IMG/VR virus record: IMGVR_UViG_2565956731_000001
Source: a virus
Lineage: Duplodnaviria; Heunggongvirae; Uroviricota; Caudoviricetes
DNA: 37,002 nucleotides
Direction: 5' to 3' (one strand)
Shown: positions 1 to 8,212 of the stretch, one piece after another
Layout: each line of letters opens with the position of its first letter
Position numbering within the stretch: the first letter of the stretch is position 1
Made by a program: the position numbers and the translations under genes
Notes under the pieces: generated by a model
What the model was told of the DNA's origin: nothing
The model's input: the letters and a program-made list of their open reading frames with translations, nothing else
Database searches by the model: none

Positions 1-1053
1 TTACGGGGTAATGCCAACCGCTGCCGCCACTTTGTCGCCACTTGGCAGCGTTGCCAGAGGATTGAAACGGAGCGCCGTTTCCAGATGATCCGGTGCCAGA
101 TGTGCGTAACGCATAGTCATTTTTATATCGTGGTGTCCGAGAATTTTTTGTAAGGCCAGAATGTTTCCACCCGACATCATGAAGTGCGCCGCAAACGTAT
201 GGCGCAGAACGTGTGTGAGTTGACCGCGAGGGAGCACGATAGACGTTTTTTCCATCACGGATAAAAATTGAAAATAGCAGTCTGTGAAGAAATTGAACCC
301 ATCAAGCGCCATGATCTCTTCGTAAAGCTCTTTACTGATAGGGATGCTTCTGTTTTTCTTCCCCTTCGTTCTTACAAAGGTAATTCGGTATTTGGTCACC
401 TGTGAACGAGTAAGATTTACGGCTTCTCGCCAGCGTGCGCCTGTGCTTAAGCATATCTTAACTACCAGTGCCAGAATTGGGTCCTGACGTTTGCAATCAG
501 CCAGTAATTCAACAATCTGCTCATGGGTAAGCCATGCCATCTCTTTTTCTGCGATGGTGAATTTTCGCATGTTCTCCAGTGGGTTCGGATACGACCATTC
601 GCCCAGGCGGGATAGTTCGCTAAAAACACTACTTAGATAGCTTTGCTCCAGGTTAATGGTGACCGGGCTTGCTCCTTTCTTCCATTTCTCGCTGAAGTAG
701 ATCTCACCTGTCAGGCGTTTATCTCGATAGTGGGCAAACATTTTAGAGGTTAGATCAGTTGCAAGGGGATTGCCCAGAGCGTCAACCATCAGCAGCAATT
801 TGTCATAGACATGCTGCCCAGCAGTCAGTGATTTACCATGTAGTTTGAACCATAGCTCAACCACGTCTTTCAGTGTTCGACGATCCACTGATTCACCTAG
901 CCAGGGCTTTGCTTCGGTTTCTTCCATCGTGTGACGCTCAAAAGCCAGTGCTTCGCCTTTGGTGGCGAATTGTTTACGCACACGACGCCCACTACGTCCG
1001 GCGGGGTAACATTCGCAAAGCCATTTTCCTGTGGTGAGTTTTCGTACAGCCAT
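1..1053 (-). CDS. int: Tyrosine integrase (P2/186 Int family)
   Basis: Translation aligns by eye with P2 Int from MAVRKL onward (LSTGARW, HVLRHTFA, MRYAH motifs); ATG at 1051-1053 preceded by GGAGGG; the ORF track's upstream extension to 1131 is unlikely. Confidence 0.9.
   Translation of the reverse strand: MAVRKLTTGKWLCECYPAGRSGRRVRKQFATKGEALAFERHTMEETEAKPWLGESVDRRTLKDVVELWFKLHGKSLTAGQHVYDKLLLMVDALGNPLATDLTSKMFAHYRDKRLTGEIYFSEKWKKGASPVTINLEQSYLSSVFSELSRLGEWSYPNPLENMRKFTIAEKEMAWLTHEQIVELLADCKRQDPILALVVKICLSTGARWREAVNLTRSQVTKYRITFVRTKGKKNRSIPISKELYEEIMALDGFNFFTDCYFQFLSVMEKTSIVLPRGQLTHVLRHTFAAHFMMSGGNILALQKILGHHDIKMTMRYAHLAPDHLETALRFNPLATLPSGDKVAAAVGITP
19..41. repeat. Left copy of 22-bp direct repeat CGCTGCCGCCA(C/T)TTTGTCGCCA (candidate att-related sequence), inside the int 3' end
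   Basis: 21/22 identity with 34148-34169, same orientation. Confidence 0.4.
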
Positions 1054-1241
1054 AAAAAATGCCCTCCAATAGAGAGCATTTTTACTGTATGTATAACCAG
1101 TGTCAATGTATGAAATCCTGCGACCATACATCTCACTGAAGCCATAATGAAGTAGGCTATTCTTTTTGCTATGTGATCATGTAACTTTTGCGGTTAACCT
1201 GTGGCTCATTTTTATTTTAGGCGCAGATATAAAAGCAAAAG

Positions 1242-1433
1242 TTATCGTGAGTTTTTAGTACAGATTTTTTTGGATTTACTAATAGTTCCATCATTGCAAA
1301 CGAATTTGCCATCAGAGGTACAGTGAGAAACACCTCCCTTTTTCCCTGAGCAGGGATAATTTCTAGCATAGGTAGCTAGTGGGTTTAATAACAAAGAACA
1401 TGACAAAACCACAAAAAATACCTTACCAAGCAT
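1242..1433 (-). CDS. Small secreted Cys-rich protein (signal peptide plus ~40-aa mature part), cargo/moron gene
   Basis: 63-aa ORF with hydrophobic N-terminal signal sequence and 5 Cys; strong RBS GGGAGGA 4 nt before ATG; starts 15 bp after cI stop; AT-rich by eye. Confidence 0.55.
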   Translation of the reverse strand: MLGKVFFVVLSCSLLLNPLATYARNYPCSGKKGGVSHCTSDGKFVCNDGTISKSKKICTKNSR

Positions 1434-1448
1434 AATTTCCTCCCGGTA

Positions 1449-2018
1449 CTATTTAACATACTTGACTGTTAAACTTATAATTTTACCAATTATTTCAATG
1501 TCTTCTATCTTACATTCAAAGGCTCTGTTTCCACCCTCGACGAAGATTCTTCCACCGGGTAAACGAGTAATGTCACGGATCGTTATTTCGCCATCAATAC
1601 TTATTACCCATTTACCATCACGTATATCATCAAATTCCTTATCACAAATAAATTCAGAATTATTATCTGTGATTACAAAAAGATTCTTGAATGCCGACGG
1701 TAGAAATTCTCTATCGAAAATATAAAAACCGTCTTCACACAAGGCCCCATCAGATAATACATATTTAGCAACTTCCATAGTATTTGTATTACCTGAAGTT
1801 TGCTTTGAACCATGCCCGGTTGTGAGCCAATTAAGCGAGGTGCCTGTTTCAAGGGCGCACTGGATTACCCATTCTGCTGGGAATGAGTCACGCATGTAGC
1901 GTGTGGCGAGTGTACTTTTAGAGATTCCTAAATGATCGCACAACGCCTGTCGAGTCTTGAATCCATAAGCTTCTACCATGCGCTCTATGGCGCCTCGTCC
2001 GCCTTTCTCCAAATTCAT
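1449..2018 (-). CDS. cI: 186-type CI immunity repressor
   Basis: About 190 aa with N-terminal HTH region and C-terminal domain resembling 186 CI; position between int and apl; ATG at 2016-2018 with GGAG 5 nt upstream (alternative GTG at 2022-2024). Confidence 0.8.
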   Translation of the reverse strand: MNLEKGGRGAIERMVEAYGFKTRQALCDHLGISKSTLATRYMRDSFPAEWVIQCALETGTSLNWLTTGHGSKQTSGNTNTMEVAKYVLSDGALCEDGFYIFDREFLPSAFKNLFVITDNNSEFICDKEFDDIRDGKWVISIDGEITIRDITRLPGGRIFVEGGNRAFECKIEDIEIIGKIISLTVKYVK

Positions 2019-2028
2019 GGTCACTCCA

Positions 2029-2083
2029 AGTGAACTTTTATCTTGACGATTTCACCGTGCGATCGTATGTTTATGGTGTTCAC
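2029..2083 (+). promoter_or_regulatory. Lytic/lysogenic switch region: candidate rightward promoter (TTGACG 2043-2048, 17 bp, TATGTT 2066-2071) flanked by inverted repeat GTGAAC(2030-2035)/GTTCAC(2078-2083)
   Basis: Sigma70-like hexamers with 17-bp spacing in the cI-apl intergenic region; flanking inverted repeat is consistent with a repressor operator. Confidence 0.45.
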
Positions 2084-2143
2084 AAAATACAAACGATCCG
2101 TATTCGTCCTGATTAATCATCATTAAACGAGGAATGTTGCATC

Positions 2144-2365
2144 ATGAGACCTAACATTTCAATCACTCTTACCACGCCTCATGTGACTATTGAACGCTAT
2201 AGCGAGCTGACAGGGCTATCCATCGATACCATCAATGACATGTTGGCTGATGGACGCCTTATCCGTCACCGTCTGCGCAAAGATAAAAAACGCGAAAAAG
2301 TGATGATCAACATAGCAGCAATGACCGTTGATGCGCTTTCAGAATGCAATCTAAACCTTAATTAG
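2144..2365 (+). CDS. apl: Apl/Cox-like excisionase and lytic-promoter regulator
   Basis: 73-aa basic protein, first gene of the rightward operon opposite cI, as in 186. Confidence 0.65.
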   Translation: MRPNISITLTTPHVTIERYSELTGLSIDTINDMLADGRLIRHRLRKDKKREKVMINIAAMTVDALSECNLNLN

Positions 2366-2397
2366 TTCGATTCTGAAATACATCAGAGGCATTGACC

Positions 2398-2907
2398 ATG
2401 TTTGATTACCAAGTTTCCAAACATCCACATTTTGATGAAGCCTGTCGTGCATTTGCACTGCGCCACAATCTGGTGCAACTGGCAGAACGTGCAGGCATGA
2501 ATGTGCAGATTCTGCGGAACAAGCTGAACCCAGCTCAGCCTCATTTATTAACCGCACCAGAAATCTGGCTGCTTACCGATCTGACTGAAGATTCAACGCT
2601 GGTAGATGGTTTTCTGGCACAGATTCATTGTCTGCCATGTGTACCGATTAATGAGGTGGCAAAAGAGAAACTGCCACATTACGTCATGAGTGCAACCGCA
2701 GAGATCGGGCGTGTTGCTGCAGGTGCGGTGTCTGGCGATGTAAAAACCTGTGCCGGTCGTCGTGATGCTATCAGCAGCATTAACTCTGTAACACGACTGA
2801 TGGCGCTGGCGGCTGTTTCATTGCAGGCCCGTTTACAGGCTAATCCTGCGATGGCGAGTGCAGTTGATACCGTGACTGGCCTCGGTGCTTCATTTGGTTT
2901 GCTGTGA
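2398..2907 (+). CDS. cII: CII-like lysogeny establishment transcription activator
   Basis: About 169 aa, same length and position as 186 CII; ATG 2398 (the track's TTG at 2392 is less likely). Confidence 0.6.
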   Translation: MFDYQVSKHPHFDEACRAFALRHNLVQLAERAGMNVQILRNKLNPAQPHLLTAPEIWLLTDLTEDSTLVDGFLAQIHCLPCVPINEVAKEKLPHYVMSATAEIGRVAAGAVSGDVKTCAGRRDAISSINSVTRLMALAAVSLQARLQANPAMASAVDTVTGLGASFGLL

Positions 2908-2914
2908 GGTGCTT

Positions 2915-3115
2915 ATGCTGACGAAAGAACCATCATTTGCATCGCTGCTGGTTAAACAAAGCCCGGCAATGCATTACGGTCACGGCTGGATCATGGGGGA
3001 GGATGGTAAACGCTGGCATCCGTGCCGTTCACAAGATGAATTGCTGGCAGAACTATCTACGAAAAAACGGGGGAACAAATGGCTATTGAAGGCACTGCGG
3101 CGACTGTTCCATTAA
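2915..3115 (+). CDS. Small early-operon protein (possibly Fil-like)
   Basis: ATG 2915 preceded by AGGTG; position after cII as in 186; no recognisable motif. Confidence 0.4.
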   Translation: MLTKEPSFASLLVKQSPAMHYGHGWIMGEDGKRWHPCRSQDELLAELSTKKRGNKWLLKALRRLFH

Positions 3116-3420
3116 GCCCCGGTGAACGCCTGAATGGACTTAATCACATTGCGGAGTTAAGGGCGAAAATTTTTGGCCTGAATATTGAGTCAGAGCTTGA
3201 GCGGTTTATTAAAGATATGCGTGATTCACGGGATATTAATAGCGAACAAAATAAACGGGCACTGGCTGCCATATTCTTTATGGCAAAAATTCCAGCTGAA
3301 CGTCATAGCATCAGCATTAATGAGCTGACCACTGACGAAAAGCGGGAGTTGATTAAAGCAATGAATCATTTTCGTGCAGTGGTGAGCTTATTTCCCAGAC
3401 GGCTAACCATGCCGAATTAA
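3079..3420 (+). CDS. Hypothetical early-operon protein (possibly Dhr-like)
   Basis: 113-aa ORF, ATG after GGGGGA, overlaps the 3' end of the previous gene. Confidence 0.45.
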   Translation: MAIEGTAATVPLSPGERLNGLNHIAELRAKIFGLNIESELERFIKDMRDSRDINSEQNKRALAAIFFMAKIPAERHSISINELTTDEKRELIKAMNHFRAVVSLFPRRLTMPN

Positions 3421-3487
3421 CCAACTAATGAAATTAATGGCGTAAACCCGCCGGGCATCCCTTTATCTAAATTCAGGAGAATTGATT

Positions 3488-3709
3488 ATGCGTAATATTG
3501 AAACCCTCTCGACCAAAACCGGACCGGATGACGCAGGGCTTAATATTTTACTGACAGAGGCTCGTCTGGAAGAACGCCGGGCAAGGGCTGAAGCAATGGC
3601 AGCTCGCCTTGATAGCCTGGCGTGTCATATCACATCCCGCCAGCTAACCCACGTCGAAGCGGCAGAACTGCTTCGTGTGACTGCTGAAGCAATCCAGAAC
3701 GAAGCGTAG
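3488..3709 (+). CDS. Small phage protein (P2 orf80-like)
   Basis: ATG 3488 with AGGAG 8 nt upstream; conserved position in P2-like early operons. Confidence 0.5.
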   Translation: MRNIETLSTKTGPDDAGLNILLTEARLEERRARAEAMAARLDSLACHITSRQLTHVEAAELLRVTAEAIQNEA

Positions 3710-3720
3710 GAGATCCACTA

Positions 3721-3948
3721 ATGGCTGATGCAATGGATCTCGTACAGCAGCGCGTTGAAGAAGAACGCCAACGCCATATCCGTGCTGCCCGTGCCAAAAC
3801 GCCGGGCGTGTCCCGCGTGCTTTGCATTGATTGTGAAGCGCCAATTCCGCCAGCACGCCGCCGTGCCATTCCGGGTGTGCAGCTTTGCATTACCTGCCAG
3901 GAAATCGCAGAGCTGAAAGGCAAACATTACAACGGAGGTGCTGTATGA
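3721..3948 (+). CDS. TraR/DksA-type zinc-finger protein (P2 orf82-like)
   Basis: CxxC...CxxC pairs (CIDC, CITC) in a 75-aa protein; AGGAG RBS. Confidence 0.6.
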   Translation: MADAMDLVQQRVEEERQRHIRAARAKTPGVSRVLCIDCEAPIPPARRRAIPGVQLCITCQEIAELKGKHYNGGAV

Positions 3949-4802
3949 GCACCATCCTGAAATGGGCGGGAAATAAAACTGCCATAATGTCCGAACTGAA
4001 AAAACATCTTCCTGCTGGCCCGCGACTGGTTGAACCTTTCGCGGGTTCCTGTGCTGTGATGATGGAGACGGATTATCCCAGCTATCTGGTTGCGGATATT
4101 AATCCTGATTTAATCAACCTCTATAAAAAGGTTGCCGCTGATTGTGAATCGTTTATATCTCGCGCCAGAGTTTTATTTGAGATCGCAAACAGGGAGGTGG
4201 CTTATTACAACATAAGGCAGGAGTTTAATTACTCAACTGAAATTACTGATTTCATGAAAGCGGTATATTTCCTGTATCTCAATCGTCACGGTTACCGTGG
4301 TTTATGTCGCTATAACAAGAGCGGGCATTTCAACATTCCCTACGGTAATTATAAAAATCCGTATTTCCCTGAAAAAGAAATTCGCGCATTTGCAGAAAAG
4401 GCCCAGCGAGCAACGTTTATCTGCGCCAGCTTTGATGAAACGCTGGCGATGTTGAAGGCGGGGGATGTGGTGTATTGCGATCCGCCGTATGACGGTACGT
4501 TTTCCGGCTATCACACTGACGGCTTCACTGAAGATGACCAGTATCACCTAGCATCTGTTCTTGAACATCGGTCATCAGAAGGACATCCGGTCATTGTTTC
4601 TAACAGTGACACATCCCTGATCCGTTCGCTGTATCGCAATTTTACTCACCACTACATCAAGGCAAAACGGAGCATCGGTGTGGCAGCTGGCGAGGGTAAA
4701 TCAGCAACAGAAATCATTGCTGTTTCCGGGCCGCGCTGCTGGGTGGGATTTGATTATTCGCGTGGCGTGGATAGTTCTGCCGTGTACGGAGTACGTGCAT
4801 GA
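3945..4802 (+). CDS. DNA N6-adenine methyltransferase (Dam-like)
   Basis: DPPY catalytic motif and N-terminal AdoMet-binding region (LKWAGNK...EPFAGS); ATG 3945 with GGAGG RBS. Confidence 0.8.
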   Translation: MSTILKWAGNKTAIMSELKKHLPAGPRLVEPFAGSCAVMMETDYPSYLVADINPDLINLYKKVAADCESFISRARVLFEIANREVAYYNIRQEFNYSTEITDFMKAVYFLYLNRHGYRGLCRYNKSGHFNIPYGNYKNPYFPEKEIRAFAEKAQRATFICASFDETLAMLKAGDVVYCDPPYDGTFSGYHTDGFTEDDQYHLASVLEHRSSEGHPVIVSNSDTSLIRSLYRNFTHHYIKAKRSIGVAAGEGKSATEIIAVSGPRCWVGFDYSRGVDSSAVYGVRA

Positions 4803-7213
4803 GTCATGCCGATATGAACAACTGCTGCGGCTTTAACGAAGCTGCCGCATCGTTCTCATGGAACAGCTCGAAAAAGGCCATTAACCCTTATCTGGACCCG
4901 GTGGAAGTTGCGCCGGTTTCTACGCTTTCAAACCTGATCACTCTGTACGCTGCCGATAACGAGCAGGAACAGCTGCGCCGTGAGGCGCTGAGTGATCAGG
5001 TCTGGGAGCGTTATTTCTTTAATGAATCCCGTGATCCTGTCCAGCGCGAAATGGAACAGGATAAGCTCATTAGTCGGGCAAAGCTGGCGCATGAGCAGCA
5101 GCGTTTTAATCCGGATATGGTCATTCTGGCGGACGTCAACGCCCAGCCTTCCCATATCAGCAAGCCGCTGATGCAACGTATTGAATACTTCAGCAGCCTG
5201 GGCAGGCCAAAGGCTTATTCCCGCTATTTACGTGAGACGATTAAGCCATGTCTGGAACGACTGGAGCATGTACGCGACAGTCAGCTATCTGCATCTTTTC
5301 GCTTTATGGCAAGCCATGAAGGGCTGGACGGCCTGCTGATCCTGCCTGAAATGAGTCAGGATCAGGTGAAACGCCTGTCCACCCTGGTAGCTGCGCATAT
5401 GAGTATGTGCCTTGATGCCGCTTGTGGCGATTTGTATGCCACCGATGACGTTAAGCCAGAAGAAATCCGCAATACATGGGAAAGGGTGGCAGCGGAAACC
5501 CTGCGTCTGGATGTCATCCCGCCTGCGTTTGAGCAACTCCGTCGGAAAAGAAACCGCCGTAAACCCGTGCCCTATGAACTCATTCCGGGTTCGCTGGCGC
5601 GTATGTTGTGCGCCGACTGGTGGTATCGGAAATTATGGAAGATGCGTTGCGAATGGCGGGAAGAGCAGTTGCGTGCTGTCTGCCTTGTCAGCAAAAAAGC
5701 ATCTCCCTATGTCAGCTATGAAGCCGTGTTGCATAAACGTGAGCAGCGCCGTAAGTCGCTGGAGTTTTTCCGTTCTCATGAACTGGTGAACGAAGACGGC
5801 GACACGCTAGACATGGAGGATGTGGTAAACGCCAGCAGCAGCAACCCTGCGCATCGCCGCAATGAGATGATGGCCTGTGTTAAAGGTCTGGAGCTTATCG
5901 CGGAAATGCGCGGTGACTGCGCCGTTTTCTACACCATCACCTGTCCGTCACGTTTCCATTCCACGCTAAATAACGGCAGGCCCAACCCGACCTGGACAAA
6001 TGCGACGGTAAGACAAAGCAGCGATTATCTGGTCGGTATGTTTGCTGCATTTCGTAAGGCGATGCACAAAGCCGGGTTGCGCTGGTATGGCGTGCGGGTG
6101 GCTGAGCCGCATCACGACGGCACAGTTCACTGGCACCTGTTGTGTTTCATGCGCAAAAAAGACCGCCGCGCCATTACAGCATTGTTGCGTAAGTTTGCTA
6201 TCCGTGAAGACCGCGAGGAGCTGGGCAATAACACGGGGCCGCGCTTTAAGTCTGAGCTGATTAACCCGCGCAAAGGAACGCCGACAAGCTACATAGCGAA
6301 ATACATCAGTAAGAACATTGATGGGCGTGGTCTGGCTGGCGAGATCAGCAAGGAAACGGGTAAATCTCTGCGTGATAACGCTGAATACGTGAATGCCTGG
6401 GCGTCTTTGCATCGTGTTCAGCAATTCCGCTTCTTTGGCATTCCGGGGCGTCAGGCTTACCGTGAACTGCGATTGCTGGCTGGTCAGGCGGCAAGGCAAA
6501 AGGGGGACAAAAAAGCAGGTGCGCCGGTACTGGATAACCCGCGCCTTGATGCCATCCTGGCTGCTGCTGATGCTGGTTGTTTTGCCACCTACATCATGAA
6601 GCAGGGCGGCGTACTGGTTCCCCGTAAATATCACCTCATCAGAACCGCTTATGAAATCAACGAAGAGCCGACCGCCTATGGCGATCACGGCATTCGTATT
6701 TATGGCATCTGGTCACCCATTGCAGAGGGCAAGATCTGCACTCATGCAGTGAAGTGGAAAATGGTTCGTAAAGCCGTTGACGTTCAGGAGGCGGCAGCCG
6801 ACCAGGGCGCTTGCGCCCCTTGGACTCGTGGCAATAACTGTCCCCTTGCTGAAAATTTGAACCAACAAGGGAAAGACAAATCAGCTGATGGGGATATCAG
6901 AACGGACATTACCCGCATGGATGACAAGGAGTTGCACGAATACCTGCACAGTATGAGCAAAAAAGAGCGCCGGGAACTGGCTGCAAGGTTACGCCTGGTG
7001 AAACCGAAACGGCGTAAAGACTACAAACAGCGAATTACAGACCATCAGCGACAGCAGCTCGTCTATGAACTGAAGTCCAGAGGATTTGATGGCAGCGAGA
7101 AAGAGGTCTATTTACTCCTTCGTGGCGGCAGTATTCCGTCAGGAGCAGGCCTGCGTATCTTCTATCGGAACCAGCGTTTGCAGGAAGATGATAAGTGGCG
7201 GAACCTGTATTAA
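4799..7213 (+). CDS. A: Replication initiation endonuclease gpA (rolling-circle initiator)
   Basis: 804 aa; conserved YIAKYISK active-site tyrosine region; position after the early operon. Confidence 0.9.
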   Translation: MSHADMNNCCGFNEAAASFSWNSSKKAINPYLDPVEVAPVSTLSNLITLYAADNEQEQLRREALSDQVWERYFFNESRDPVQREMEQDKLISRAKLAHEQQRFNPDMVILADVNAQPSHISKPLMQRIEYFSSLGRPKAYSRYLRETIKPCLERLEHVRDSQLSASFRFMASHEGLDGLLILPEMSQDQVKRLSTLVAAHMSMCLDAACGDLYATDDVKPEEIRNTWERVAAETLRLDVIPPAFEQLRRKRNRRKPVPYELIPGSLARMLCADWWYRKLWKMRCEWREEQLRAVCLVSKKASPYVSYEAVLHKREQRRKSLEFFRSHELVNEDGDTLDMEDVVNASSSNPAHRRNEMMACVKGLELIAEMRGDCAVFYTITCPSRFHSTLNNGRPNPTWTNATVRQSSDYLVGMFAAFRKAMHKAGLRWYGVRVAEPHHDGTVHWHLLCFMRKKDRRAITALLRKFAIREDREELGNNTGPRFKSELINPRKGTPTSYIAKYISKNIDGRGLAGEISKETGKSLRDNAEYVNAWASLHRVQQFRFFGIPGRQAYRELRLLAGQAARQKGDKKAGAPVLDNPRLDAILAAADAGCFATYIMKQGGVLVPRKYHLIRTAYEINEEPTAYGDHGIRIYGIWSPIAEGKICTHAVKWKMVRKAVDVQEAAADQGACAPWTRGNNCPLAENLNQQGKDKSADGDIRTDITRMDDKELHEYLHSMSKKERRELAARLRLVKPKRRKDYKQRITDHQRQQLVYELKSRGFDGSEKEVYLLLRGGSIPSGAGLRIFYRNQRLQEDDKWRNLY

Positions 7214-7305
7214 TTACGCGGGTTAACAATTCGTGCTCTTAATAATACCAGGCATTTCAGGCTGATGAACGTAAAAAAACGTTTTACATCAGTAAGATTA
7301 TTATA

Positions 7306-7325
7306 TACTGTAAATATAAACAGTG
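7306..7325 (+). promoter_or_regulatory. LexA box (SOS operator) TACTGTAAATATAAACAGTG
   Basis: Matches the CTGT-N8-ACAG consensus (CTGT 7308-7311, ACAG 7320-7323) with AT-rich spacer; about 40 bp upstream of the 7366 ORF. Confidence 0.7.
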
Positions 7326-7365
7326 GTTATGTATACAGTATTGCTTTGGTGTCATAGGAGGAAAG

Positions 7366-7554
7366 ATGCAGGACTATTTTTTGGAGTCTTTGAAGCTCCA
7401 GCGCATTGATTTTTTTCTTAAGCTTGTAGCGGCTAGTGAGTGTAGTGATGAAGAGAAGGGGCTGGCTCTGCAGTGGGTATCTGAATTGACTGATGAACTC
7501 ATGGCAAAAATCAGAACCCACGAATACAACCGCTCAATGGATGTCATCAGTTGA
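7366..7554 (+). CDS. Small SOS-controlled protein (possible N-terminal part of a Tum-like antirepressor)
   Basis: ATG 7366 with AGGAGG RBS immediately downstream of the LexA box. Confidence 0.5.
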   Translation: MQDYFLESLKLQRIDFFLKLVAASECSDEEKGLALQWVSELTDELMAKIRTHEYNRSMDVIS

Positions 7555-7564
7555 GGTGACTTTT

Positions 7565-7798
7565 ATGCGCATTGAAATAATGATCGATAAAGAGCAGAAG
7601 ATTAGCCAGTCTACCCTGGACGCCCTTGAATCCGAGCTTTACCGCAATCTGCGCCCCCTGTATCCCAAAACGGTAATTCGCATTCGCAAAGGTAGCTCTA
7701 ACGGTGTGGAACTAACCGGACTGCAACTGGACGAAGAAAGAAAACAAGTGATGAAAATTATGCAGAAGGTGTGGGAAGACGACAGCTGGCTGCATTAA
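7565..7798 (+). CDS. DinI-family protein (Tum-like antirepressor domain / SOS modulator)
   Basis: Translation MRIEIMIDK...KVWEDDSWLH aligns by eye with E. coli DinI (MRIEV...QETWESADDWF); ATG 7565 after GAGGTGA. Confidence 0.65.
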   Translation: MRIEIMIDKEQKISQSTLDALESELYRNLRPLYPKTVIRIRKGSSNGVELTGLQLDEERKQVMKIMQKVWEDDSWLH

Positions 7799-7930
7799 GA
7801 AACGTTGCTGGCGTCTGAACTTGCTTCTGGCGTCAGCAAGGTTGAACAACGAGCCCTTGCGAGGCGTTAGCTCTGTAGTGCATGTCTATGCCGCATGAGA
7901 TCGCATGATCGTTTGAGGATCGTTTTTGCT

Positions 7931-7958
7931 AAGGCCCGCCAGAACTGGCGGGCTTTTG
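7931..7958 (+). terminator. Rho-independent terminator of the SOS module
   Basis: GC stem GCCCGCC(7934-7940)/GGCGGGC(7947-7953) followed by TTTT. Confidence 0.6.
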
Positions 7959-8002
7959 CGTAGATCATGCAGGTGCATGAAAACCACTACATAAAGCGGG
8001 CA

Positions 8003-8021
8003 GGCGTGGCGGGGATACGAG
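8003..8021. other. Candidate cos site (19-nt cohesive-end sequence)
   Basis: GGCGTGGCGGGGATACGAG followed by CGCGCGCTGA resembles the P2 left end GGCGAGGCGGGGAAAGCAC TGCGCGCTGA as recalled from memory; lies between the A-side genes and Q as in P2. Confidence 0.45.
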
Positions 8022-8212
8022 CGCGCGCTGAAAAGGTTTAGCTAAATTTTTGTCGATAGGTGGTTTTAGTTGTTATACAAAAGTGTCACTGGTTTTGTTT
8101 TGAGCATTTGTGGTGCTAAAAATATTTTTTTTGGTTCAAAATTACCTTAAAAAGGTTTTTTTGGTGTATGATTGTTTGAAAAGTGGTTCGGTTTTGCCAT
8201 AAGGGTGGTTAG

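Noticed and set aside
1054-1131. N-terminal extension of the integrase ORF (376 aa in the track)
   Set aside because: Alignment to P2 Int begins at MAVRKL (ATG 1051-1053), which has a GGAGGG RBS; the upstream 26 codons are probably not translated.
1462-1725. 87-aa plus-strand ORF
   Set aside because: Antisense within the cI repressor gene; Ser/Ile-rich low-complexity translation from the AT-rich strand.
5966-6688. 240-aa minus-strand ORF
   Set aside because: Antisense within replication gene A; no RBS and no recognisable motif.
7493-7564. Upstream in-frame extension of the DinI-like ORF (track start 7493)
   Set aside because: DinI homology begins at MRIEIM (ATG 7565), which has its own RBS; the extension overlaps the preceding ORF. 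A frameshifted single tum gene is not fully excluded and is noted in the findings.
7807-7840. Short direct repeats (CTGGCGTC twice) after the DinI-like gene
   Set aside because: Too short and too few to be a CRISPR array or iteron set; no regular spacer periodicity anywhere in the window.
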